DNA of 64,000 nucleotides from NCBI RefSeq assembly GCF_053078305.1, contig NZ_CP166879.1; one strand, 5' to 3'. Shown piece by piece: positions 55,484 to 64,000 of this stretch (position 1 is its first letter; each line of letters starts with the position of its first letter). The notes under the pieces were generated by a model. It saw only the letters and a program-made list of their open reading frames with translations, ran no database searches and was not told where the DNA came from. The position numbers and the translations under genes were made by a program.

Positions 55484-56398
55484 ATGGGTAAAACAATCAG
55501 TATAAAGGTCCTGTTCGGTATTTATCTTCTATTAATGGCAGGCAAAGTTTTTGCCTTCAGTTGTAATGTCGATGGCGGGTCAAGTATTGGAGCTGGTACA
55601 ACCTCTGTTTATGTTAATCTCGACCCTGTAATACAGCCGGGCCAGAATCTGGTTGTAGACTTGTCTCAGCATATAAGTTGCTGGAATGATTACGGCGGCT
55701 GGTACGACACTGATCATATAAACCTGGTACAAGGCTCAGCTTTCGCAGGCTCTCTACAGTCATATAAAGGATCGCTGTACTGGAATAATGTGACCTACCC
55801 CTTCCCGTTGACGACAAATACAAACGTATTGGATATTGGTGATAAGACACCGATGCCATTACCGTTAAAACTCTATATTACCCCAGTCGGGGCGGCCGGT
55901 GGAGTTGTCATAAAAGCCGGGGAAGTTATTGCCCGTATTCATATGTATAAAATTGCCACGTTAGGAAGCGGAAATCCGCGTAATTTTACGTGGAATATTA
56001 TTTCAAATAACAGTGTTGTTATGCCAACAGGCGGCTGCACTGTTGATAGTCGTAATGTCACCGTGAATCTCCCGGACTTTCCTGGAAGCGCAGAAATCCC
56101 CCTTGGCGTATATTGCTCAAGTGAACAAAAGCTCTCATTTTATCTTTCGGGTGCTACCACTGACAGTGCTAGACAAGTGTTTGCTAACACAGCACCAGAT
56201 GCAACAAAAGCATCGGGAGTGGGTGTCTCTCTGATGCGTAATGGAAAAATACTGGCTACGGGAGAAAATGTCTCCCTGGGGACAGTAAATAAAAGCAAAG
56301 TACCTCTGGGTTTAAGCGCAACCTATGGACAAACAGGAAACAAGGTTTCAGCCGGAACCGTCCAGTCAGTCATTGGTGTCACTTTTATCTATGAATAA
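55484..56398 (+). CDS. ydeQ: Fimbrial tip adhesin (FimH-like two-domain protein)
   Basis: 304-aa ORF, last gene of the operon. Confidence 0.8.
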   Translation: MGKTISIKVLFGIYLLLMAGKVFAFSCNVDGGSSIGAGTTSVYVNLDPVIQPGQNLVVDLSQHISCWNDYGGWYDTDHINLVQGSAFAGSLQSYKGSLYWNNVTYPFPLTTNTNVLDIGDKTPMPLPLKLYITPVGAAGGVVIKAGEVIARIHMYKIATLGSGNPRNFTWNIISNNSVVMPTGGCTVDSRNVTVNLPDFPGSAEIPLGVYCSSEQKLSFYLSGATTDSARQVFANTAPDATKASGVGVSLMRNGKILATGENVSLGTVNKSKVPLGLSATYGQTGNKVSAGTVQSVIGVTFIYE

Positions 56399-56731
56399 TT
56401 GTGATTTTGACATTGGTCTATGCGCTCCATTCACGAAAATTGCGCGGATAATTATTTTGTGAAGGCTATTATCCTACACCTGTAAGAAAATCCGCGCACA
56501 ATTGAAGCCAGAGTCTTATTTTTTATATTAAAAAATATGTTAATTTAAACACTATGAGAGATGATGCTTACCTTATCGTATTTAATCTATTGTTTAACGA
56601 TAATAGATTAAAAATAGAAAGAGAGTAGTCCCCTACTCTTATATATCCATGTTGGCGATAATCCCTTTGTATGTACTGTGCATCATCGCTATTACAAATC
56701 CTAATAATTCATTTCCACACAGGATAAGTAG

Positions 56732-59011
56732 ATGAAGAAAAAAATTGAATCCTACCAGGGAGCTGCCGGTGGTTGGGGTGCTGTTAAATCCGTAGCGAAT
56801 GCAGTACGTAAGCAGATGGATATACGCCAGGATGTTATTGCCATGTTTGACATGAATAAGCCAGAGGGCTTTGACTGTCCGGGTTGTGCATGGCCAGATC
56901 CTAAGCACAGTGCGTCATTCGACATTTGTGAAAACGGCGCAAAAGCAATCGCCTGGGAAGTCACGGATAAGCAGGTAAACGCCTCTTTCTTTGCTGAGAA
57001 TACGGTTCAATCATTACTTACCTGGGGAGACCACGAGCTTGAGGCTGCGGGGCGACTCACTCAGCCTTTGAAATATGATGCCGTCAGCGACTGTTACAAG
57101 CCATTAAGCTGGCAACAAGCTTTCGATGAAATTGGCGCACGCCTTCAAAGCTATAGTGATCCCAATCAGGTTGAATTCTATACTTCGGGCCGCACTTCCA
57201 ATGAGGCTGCCTTTCTTTATCAGCTTTTTGCCCGTGAATACGGGAGCAATAACTTTCCCGACTGCTCCAACATGTGCCATGAACCGACAAGCGTGGGTTT
57301 GGCAGCGAGTATCGGTGTAGGTAAAGGGACCGTGTTGCTGGAAGACTTTGAGAAGTGCGATTTAGTCATTTGCATTGGGCATAACCCTGGTACAAACCAC
57401 CCTCGCATGCTGACTTCGTTGCGCGCTTTAGTGAAACGGGGAGCGAAAATGATCGCCATCAATCCTCTACAGGAACGTGGCCTGGAGCGATTTACTGCAC
57501 CGCAAAACCCGTTTGAAATGCTGACGAACTCTGAGACTCAGTTGGACAGTGCCTACTATAACGTGCGCATTGGTGGTGATATGGCGTTGCTCAAGGGGAT
57601 GATGCGCCTGTTAATTGAGCGCGATGATGCTGCAAGCGCCGCAGGTCGGCCCTCATTGCTGGATGACGAATTTATTCAAACGCATACCGTCGGCTTTGAC
57701 GAGCTACGCCGTGACGTTCTCAATTCCGAGTGGAAAGATATCGAACGTATTTCTGGATTAAGTCAGACTCAAATCGCCGAACTGGCTGATGCATATGCCG
57801 CTGCCGAACGAACCATTATCTGTTACGGAATGGGGATCACTCAGCACGAACATGGTACCCAGAATGTACAGCAACTGGTCAATCTGCTGTTGATGAAAGG
57901 TAACATTGGCAAGCCTGGTGCGGGTATCTGCCCACTACGTGGCCACTCTAATGTACAGGGCGACCGAACCGTCGGTATCACCGAGAAACCGTCTGCAGAG
58001 TTTCTGGCTCGCCTGGGTGAGCGCTATGGCTTCACACCACCTCAAGCACCTGGACATGCTGCAATTGCCAGCATGCAAGCAATATGTACAGGGCAGGCTC
58101 GAGCATTGATCTGCATGGGGGGCAACTTTGCACTGGCAATGCCAGATCGGGAAGCGAGCGCTGTACCGTTAACGCAATTAGATCTGGCGGTACACGTAGC
58201 CACTAAGCTTAACCGCTCTCATCTGCTGACCGCACGGCATAGCTATATTCTGCCGGTTCTGGGACGTAGCGAGATTGACATGCAAAAAAGCGGTGCGCAG
58301 GCGGTAACCGTTGAGGATTCAATGTCGATGATTCATGCCTCGCGTGGCGTGTTAAAACCCGCCGGTGTAATGCTGAAATCAGAGTGTGCAGTGGTCGCGG
58401 GAATCGCGCAGGCAGCACTACCCCAGAGCGTGGTAGCCTGGGAGTATCTGGTGGAAGATTATGATCGCATTCGCAATGACATTGAAGCTGTGCTGCCAGA
58501 GTTCGCCGATTATAACCAGCGCATCCGACATCCTGGTGGTTTTCACCTGATAAACGCTGCTGCTGAAAGGCGCTGGATGACTCAGTCAGGTAAGGCTAAT
58601 TTCATTACCAGCAAAGGGCTGTTAGAAGATCCCTCTTCAGCGTTTAACAGTAAGCTGGTCATGGCGACAGTACGCAGCCACGATCAGTACAACACGACGA
58701 TTTATGGTATGGATGATCGCTATCGAGGGGTATTCGGTCAACGAGATGTGGTCTTTATGAGTGCTAAACAAGCTAAAATTTGCCGTGTAAAAAACGGCGA
58801 AAGAGTTAATCTTATTGCGCTTACGCCAGACGGTAAGCGCAGCTCACGCCGCATGGATAGATTAAAAGTGGTCATTTACCCTATGGCTGACCGCTCACTG
58901 GTGACCTATTTTCCAGAATCGAATCACATGCTAACACTTGATAACCACGATCCATTAAGTGGCATTCCTGGCTATAAAAGTATTCCGGTTGAATTAGAAC
59001 CATCAAATTAA
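56732..59011 (+). CDS. ydeP: Molybdopterin oxidoreductase (formate dehydrogenase-like) involved in acid resistance
   Basis: 759-aa ORF. Confidence 0.9.
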   Translation: MKKKIESYQGAAGGWGAVKSVANAVRKQMDIRQDVIAMFDMNKPEGFDCPGCAWPDPKHSASFDICENGAKAIAWEVTDKQVNASFFAENTVQSLLTWGDHELEAAGRLTQPLKYDAVSDCYKPLSWQQAFDEIGARLQSYSDPNQVEFYTSGRTSNEAAFLYQLFAREYGSNNFPDCSNMCHEPTSVGLAASIGVGKGTVLLEDFEKCDLVICIGHNPGTNHPRMLTSLRALVKRGAKMIAINPLQERGLERFTAPQNPFEMLTNSETQLDSAYYNVRIGGDMALLKGMMRLLIERDDAASAAGRPSLLDDEFIQTHTVGFDELRRDVLNSEWKDIERISGLSQTQIAELADAYAAAERTIICYGMGITQHEHGTQNVQQLVNLLLMKGNIGKPGAGICPLRGHSNVQGDRTVGITEKPSAEFLARLGERYGFTPPQAPGHAAIASMQAICTGQARALICMGGNFALAMPDREASAVPLTQLDLAVHVATKLNRSHLLTARHSYILPVLGRSEIDMQKSGAQAVTVEDSMSMIHASRGVLKPAGVMLKSECAVVAGIAQAALPQSVVAWEYLVEDYDRIRNDIEAVLPEFADYNQRIRHPGGFHLINAAAERRWMTQSGKANFITSKGLLEDPSSAFNSKLVMATVRSHDQYNTTIYGMDDRYRGVFGQRDVVFMSAKQAKICRVKNGERVNLIALTPDGKRSSRRMDRLKVVIYPMADRSLVTYFPESNHMLTLDNHDPLSGIPGYKSIPVELEPSN

Positions 59012-59024
59012 TGCCTCTTCTCAT

Positions 59025-59055
59025 TTCTTCTGCTGTCATCCGCACAGCAGAAGAA
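59025..59055 (+). terminator. Terminator hairpin after ydeP
   Basis: 12-bp inverted repeat TTCTTCTGCTGT/ACAGCAGAAGAA. Confidence 0.45.
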
Positions 59056-59258
59056 TTCCTCATTGACTATTATCGCGCAATTTGCTCACATGGATTAAAT
59101 TAAACTACATACTATAAGATATAAACTTCTGCCTACAGCTGTAAGAAACTCCGCTCAGTACTGAAGCACCAGTCCTATTTCCTCTTTTCTCCAGCCTGTT
59201 ATATTAAGCATACTGATTAACGATTTTTAACGTTATCCGCTAAATAAACATATTTGAA

Positions 59259-59456
59259 ATGCATGCGACCACAGTGAAAAACAAAATCACGCAAAGAGAC
59301 AACTATAAAGAAATCATGTCTGTAATTGTGGTTGTCTTATTACTGACCCTTACGTTGATAGCCATTTTTTCGGCAATTGATCAGCTGGGCATTTCAGAAA
59401 TGGGTCGCATTGCAAGAGATCTTACACATTTCATTATCAATAGTTTGCAAGACTGA
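59259..59456 (+). CDS. safA: 65-aa membrane protein SafA (sensor-associated factor linking EvgS to PhoQ)
   Basis: 65-aa single-TM ORF directly upstream of ydeO. Confidence 0.85.
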   Translation: MHATTVKNKITQRDNYKEIMSVIVVVLLLTLTLIAIFSAIDQLGISEMGRIARDLTHFIINSLQD

Positions 59457-59530
59457 AAATAAACAGCAAATTATAAATATGAAATGTTAAAAAAGTATCG
59501 ATAAAAACTTTATTGTTTTAAGGAGATAAA

Positions 59531-60292
59531 ATGTCGCTCGTTTGTTCTGTTATATTTATTCATCATGCCTTCAACGCTAACATTTTAGATAAAGATTACG
59601 CCTTCTCTGACGGCGAGATCCTGATGGTAGATAACGCTGTTCGTACGCATTTTGAACCTTATGAGCGGCATTTTAAAGAAATCGGATTTAATGAACATAC
59701 CATTAAAAAATATCTACAATGCACTAACATCCAGACAGTGACGGTGCCTGTTCCTGCGAAGTTTTTACGTGCTTCAAATGTACCGACTGGATTGCTTAAT
59801 GAAATGATTGCTTATCTCAACTCGGAAGAACGCAATCATCATAATTTTTCAGAACTTTTGCTTTTTTCTTGCCTGTCTATATTTGCCGCATGCAAAGGTT
59901 TCATTACACTATTAACTAACGGTGTGCTATCCGTTTCCGGGAAAGTGAGAAATATTGTCAACATGAAGCTGGCGCACCCATGGAAGCTGAAAGATATTTG
60001 TGACTGCCTGTACATCAGTGAAAGCCTGTTGAAGAAAAAACTAAAGCAAGAGCAAACGACATTCTCACAGATTCTATTAGATGCCAGAATGCAGCACGCA
60101 AAAAATTTGATACGCGTAGAAGGTTCAGTCAATAAAATTGCCGAACAATGTGGTTATGCCAGTACATCTTATTTTATTTATGCGTTCCGCAAACATTTCG
60201 GCAACAGTCCGAAGAGAGTTTCTAAGGAGTATCGTTGTCAAAGGCACACGGGTATGAACACGGGCAACACGATGAATGCTTTAGCTATTTGA
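59531..60292 (+). CDS. ydeO: AraC-family acid-resistance regulator
   Basis: 253-aa ORF with C-terminal AraC HTH. Confidence 0.9.
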   Translation: MSLVCSVIFIHHAFNANILDKDYAFSDGEILMVDNAVRTHFEPYERHFKEIGFNEHTIKKYLQCTNIQTVTVPVPAKFLRASNVPTGLLNEMIAYLNSEERNHHNFSELLLFSCLSIFAACKGFITLLTNGVLSVSGKVRNIVNMKLAHPWKLKDICDCLYISESLLKKKLKQEQTTFSQILLDARMQHAKNLIRVEGSVNKIAEQCGYASTSYFIYAFRKHFGNSPKRVSKEYRCQRHTGMNTGNTMNALAI

Positions 60293-60693
60293 TTATTTGC
60301 TAACGAGTAGTCAACCACACACGCTACGTAAGAATTAAATGGGGCAGCCATTCCCTGCCCCGCGTTGTTTTTAGGCGATAGATTTATTGAAATAAATAAG
60401 TGACATTCATCACATATTTATGCATTTGCATAACCTGTTGCATGATTATTTATGATCTCAATTCGGCATTTTGTCAGTAAAATACAATAATTTATTAAAT
60501 ATCAATAGATTAGTTGTTTATCGGCGAGAAATTACTTAGTAGAACAGAAAGTAATGTCAACGCTTTATGGACTGTTATTTCCCTTTTTTTAGCTAAATCT
60601 GCTATCTCTTTATGTGACTAACTTCACTTACATCCACTTATTTCTCTTCGTAAAATTACTTTGGAATTAAGTACAATAAGAAGAGGAACATTT

Positions 60694-62376
60694 ATGAAGT
60701 CTGCATTAAAGAAAAGTGTCGTAAGTACCTCGATATCTTTGATACTGGCATCTGGTATGGCTGCATTTGCTGCTCATGCAGCAGATGATGTAAAGCTGAA
60801 AGCAACCAAAACAAACGTTGCTTTCTCAGACTTTACGCCGACAGAATACAGTACCAAAGGAAAGCCAAATATTATCGTACTGACCATGGATGATCTTGGT
60901 TATGGACAACTTCCTTTTGATAAGGGATCTTTTGACCCAAAAACAATGGAAAATCGTGAAGTTGTCGATACCTACAAAATAGGGATAGATAAAGCCATTG
61001 AAGCTGCACAAAAATCAACGCCGACGCTCCTTTCATTAATGGATGAAGGCGTACGTTTTACTAACGGCTATGTGGCACACGGTGTTTCCGGCCCCTCCCG
61101 CGCCGCAATAATGACCGGTCGAGCTCCCGCCCGCTTTGGTGTCTATTCCAATACCGATGCTCAGGATGGTATTCCGCTCACAGAAACTTTCTTGCCTGAA
61201 TTATTCCAGAATCATGGTTATTACACTGCAGCAGTAGGTAAATGGCACTTGTCAAAAATCAGTAATGTGCCGGTACCGGAAGATAAACAAACACGTGACT
61301 ATCATGACAACTTCACCACATTTTCTGCGGAAGAATGGCAACCGCAAAACCGTGGCTTTGATTACTTTATGGGATTCCACGCTGCAGGAACGGCATATTA
61401 CAACTCCCCTTCACTGTTCAAAAATCGTGAACGCGTCCCCGCAAAAGGTTATATCAGCGATCAGTTAACCGATGAGGCAATTGGCGTTGTTGATCGTGCC
61501 AAAACACTTGACCAGCCTTTTATGCTTTACCTGGCTTATAATGCTCCGCACCTGCCAAATGATAATCCTGCACCGGATCAATATCAGAAGCAATTTAATA
61601 CCGGTAGTCAAACGGCAGATAACTACTACGCTTCCGTTTATTCTGTTGATCAGGGTGTAAAACGCATTCTCGAACAACTGAAGAAAAACGGACAGTATGA
61701 CAATACAATTATTCTCTTTACCTCCGATAATGGTGCGGTTATCGATGGTCCTCTGCCGCTGAACGGGGCGCAAAAAGGCTATAAGAGTCAGACCTATCCT
61801 GGCGGTACTCACACCCCAATGTTTATGTGGTGGAAAGGAAAACTTCAACCCGGTAATTATGACAAGCTGATTTCCGCAATGGATTTCTACCCGACAGCTC
61901 TTGATGCAGCCGATATCAGCATTCCAAAAGACCTTAAGCTGGATGGCGTTTCCTTGCTGCCCTGGTTGCAAGATAAGAAACAAGGCGAGCCACATAAAAA
62001 TCTGACCTGGATAACCTCTTATTCTCACTGGTTTGATGAGGAAAATATTCCATTCTGGGATAACTACCACAAATTTGTCCGTCATCAGTCAGACGATTAC
62101 CCGCATAACCCCAACACTGAGGACTTAAGCCAATTCTCTTATACGGTGAGAAATAACGATTATTCGCTTGTCTATACAGTAGAAAACAATCAGTTAGGTC
62201 TCTACAAACTGACGGATCTACAGCAAAAAGATAACCTTGCCGCCGCCAATCCGCAGGTCGTTAAAGAGATGCAAGGCGTGGTAAGAGAGTTTATCGACAG
62301 CAGCCAGCCACCGCTTAGCGAGGTAAATCAGGAGAAGTTTAACAATATCAAGAAAGCACTAAGCGAAGCGAAATAA
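60694..62376 (+). CDS. ydeN: Periplasmic sulfatase (formylglycine-dependent family)
   Basis: 560 aa from MKSALKK; sulfatase active-site region SGPSRAAIMTGR. Confidence 0.9.
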   Translation: MKSALKKSVVSTSISLILASGMAAFAAHAADDVKLKATKTNVAFSDFTPTEYSTKGKPNIIVLTMDDLGYGQLPFDKGSFDPKTMENREVVDTYKIGIDKAIEAAQKSTPTLLSLMDEGVRFTNGYVAHGVSGPSRAAIMTGRAPARFGVYSNTDAQDGIPLTETFLPELFQNHGYYTAAVGKWHLSKISNVPVPEDKQTRDYHDNFTTFSAEEWQPQNRGFDYFMGFHAAGTAYYNSPSLFKNRERVPAKGYISDQLTDEAIGVVDRAKTLDQPFMLYLAYNAPHLPNDNPAPDQYQKQFNTGSQTADNYYASVYSVDQGVKRILEQLKKNGQYDNTIILFTSDNGAVIDGPLPLNGAQKGYKSQTYPGGTHTPMFMWWKGKLQPGNYDKLISAMDFYPTALDAADISIPKDLKLDGVSLLPWLQDKKQGEPHKNLTWITSYSHWFDEENIPFWDNYHKFVRHQSDDYPHNPNTEDLSQFSYTVRNNDYSLVYTVENNQLGLYKLTDLQQKDNLAAANPQVVKEMQGVVREFIDSSQPPLSEVNQEKFNNIKKALSEAK

Positions 62377-62388
62377 CTAAACCTTCAT

Positions 62389-62414
62389 GCGGCGGATTTT
62401 TCCGCCGCCTTATT
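62389..62414 (+). terminator. Hairpin GCGGCGGA/TCCGCCGC after ydeN
   Basis: Inverted repeat with short T-rich tail. Confidence 0.45.
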
Positions 62415-62427
62415 GAGCGAGATAGCG

Positions 62428-63585
62428 ATGCACGTTACAGCCAAGCCCTCCAGTTTTCAATGTAATCTCAAATGTGATTACTGTTTTTACCTTGAAAAAG
62501 AGTCGCAGTTTACTCATGAAAAATGGATGGATGACAGCACTCTGAAAGAGTTCATCAAACAATATATCGCAGCGTCTGGCAATCAGGTCTATTTTACCTG
62601 GCAAGGCGGTGAACCCACTCTGGCTGGCCTGGATTTTTTCCGTAAAGTTATTCACTATCAACAACGCTATGCAGGCCAAAAACGTATTTTTAATGCATTA
62701 CAAACGAATGGCATTTTATTGAATAATGAATGGTGTGCCTTTCTCAAAGAACATGAATTTCTGGTTGGTATCTCGATCGATGGCCCCCAGGAGTTACATG
62801 ACCGTTACAGACGCAGTAATTCAGGTAACGGTACTTTTACAAAAGTGATAGCAGCCATCGAGCGTCTGAAATCATATCAAGTAGAGTTTAATACGTTAAC
62901 CGTCATTAATAACGTTAATGTCCATTACCCTCTTGAGGTTTATCATTTTTTAAAATCTATCGGCAGTAAACATATGCAATTTATCGAATTGCTAGAAACC
63001 GGGACGCCGAATATAGATTTCAGTGGTCATAGTGAGAACACATTCCGTATCATTGATTTTTCTGTGCCTCCCACGGCTTATGGCAAGTTTATGTCAACCA
63101 TTTTTATGCAATGGGTTAAAAACGATGTGGGTGAAGTTTTCATCCGTCAGTTTGAAAGCTTTGTCAGCCGTTTTTTGGGGAATGGGCATACCAGTTGTAT
63201 TTTCCAGGAGTCCTGCAAGGATAATCTGGTTGTTGAAAGTAATGGAGACATTTACGAATGCGACCATTTTGTCTATCCACAGTACAAAATTGGAAACATT
63301 AATAAATCTGAACTCAAAACGATGAACAGTGTACAACTGACAGCGCAAAAAAAACGGATTTCAGCGAAATGTCTGAAATGTGCATATAAACCTATCTGCA
63401 ATGGCGGTTGTCCTAAGCATCGTATTACTAAAGTAAACAATGAGACTGTTTCTTATTTTTGCGAAGGTTATAAAATCCTTTTTTCAACCATGGTACCTTA
63501 TATGAACGCCATGGTAGAGTTAGCTAAGAACAGAGTACCGCTTTACCACATTATGGATGTTGCAAAACAAATGGAGAATAATTAA
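62428..63585 (+). CDS. ydeM: Radical-SAM anaerobic sulfatase-maturating enzyme homologue
   Basis: 385 aa from [21 protein letters not shown] (CxxxCxxC radical-SAM motif). Confidence 0.9.
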   Translation: MHVTAKPSSFQCNLKCDYCFYLEKESQFTHEKWMDDSTLKEFIKQYIAASGNQVYFTWQGGEPTLAGLDFFRKVIHYQQRYAGQKRIFNALQTNGILLNNEWCAFLKEHEFLVGISIDGPQELHDRYRRSNSGNGTFTKVIAAIERLKSYQVEFNTLTVINNVNVHYPLEVYHFLKSIGSKHMQFIELLETGTPNIDFSGHSENTFRIIDFSVPPTAYGKFMSTIFMQWVKNDVGEVFIRQFESFVSRFLGNGHTSCIFQESCKDNLVVESNGDIYECDHFVYPQYKIGNINKSELKTMNSVQLTAQKKRISAKCLKCAYKPICNGGCPKHRITKVNNETVSYFCEGYKILFSTMVPYMNAMVELAKNRVPLYHIMDVAKQMENN

Positions 63586-64000
63586 TAACGCTCCCTCTTT
63601 GCTCCAGTCTTAGCCTCCTTCTTATGGCCTTAACAAGACACCCGACATAAATTCCTGTTGGGTGTTTCGTCATATCATCTTCCCTTGCGAAAATCCTGGC
63701 ATACGTGGTATGCGTCAGGGCATTAGCAATACCCTTGATTATCAATAGCATAACCATAACCACTGAAAATTAAAAATTTCTATATATTTCATATTGTTAA
63801 ATGATACTTAAATAAATTTCATCAGTAAATCATTGCCATAGATAATCATTGGATGGCACAATCAATTTTCGCTAATGATAACCATTCCCATTACGTTTTG
63901 TATGTTGATAGCAAAGTATCTCTGTCTGCTGAAGCCCTTTTGGCTGCGTAAGAATAATAAAACTTCAGTGTTGTTAATCATTATTATCCTCGCCATGATC

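Noticed and set aside
1-64000. CRISPR arrays, rRNA/tRNA genes, insertion sequences
   Set aside because: No regularly spaced short direct repeats, no tRNA-like or rRNA-like segments, and no transposase-like ORF with terminal inverted repeats were seen

Overview
This 64 kb window reads as Escherichia coli chromosome (mar/lsr/hipBA neighbourhood), and I did not find a clearly undescribed biological system in it. All calls come from reading the ORF translations and the DNA by eye against remembered protein families; no searches were run. Layout: (1) 1-6.3 kb is the tail end of a lambdoid prophage (J host-specificity protein open at the window edge, a small Hok-like ORF, a collagen-repeat tail fibre, a Tfa-like protein) abutting a 5'-truncated ydfJ. 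(2) 7.7-15.6 kb is the core block ydfI, ydfZ, rspR, ydfG, dcp, ydeJ, ydeI, dgcZ. (3) 15.6-17.6 kb holds a PhoP-box/MgrR-like sRNA, mgtS, and a GlxA-family regulator (frameshifted) plus rhodanese module that I believe K-12 lacks. (4) 17.6-33.2 kb is ydeE, eamA, marBAR-marC, sotB, yneK, yneJ, sad, glsB, yneG, dgcF, uxaB, yneE, tam. (5) 33.3-42.0 kb is the complete lsr autoinducer-2 locus. (6) 42.5-47.9 kb is an intact 1806-aa autotransporter. (7) 48.0-49.7 kb is hipBA with four operators. (8) 50.0-56.4 kb is a yneL remnant and a chaperone-usher fimbrial operon whose usher is disrupted. (9) 56.7-63.6 kb is ydeP, safA, ydeO, ydeN, ydeM. The most interesting items are strain-variable accessory features: the Hok-like ORF, the 7-bp duplication in the regulator, the usher lesion and the intact autotransporter. 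No rRNA, tRNA, CRISPR or IS element was seen.
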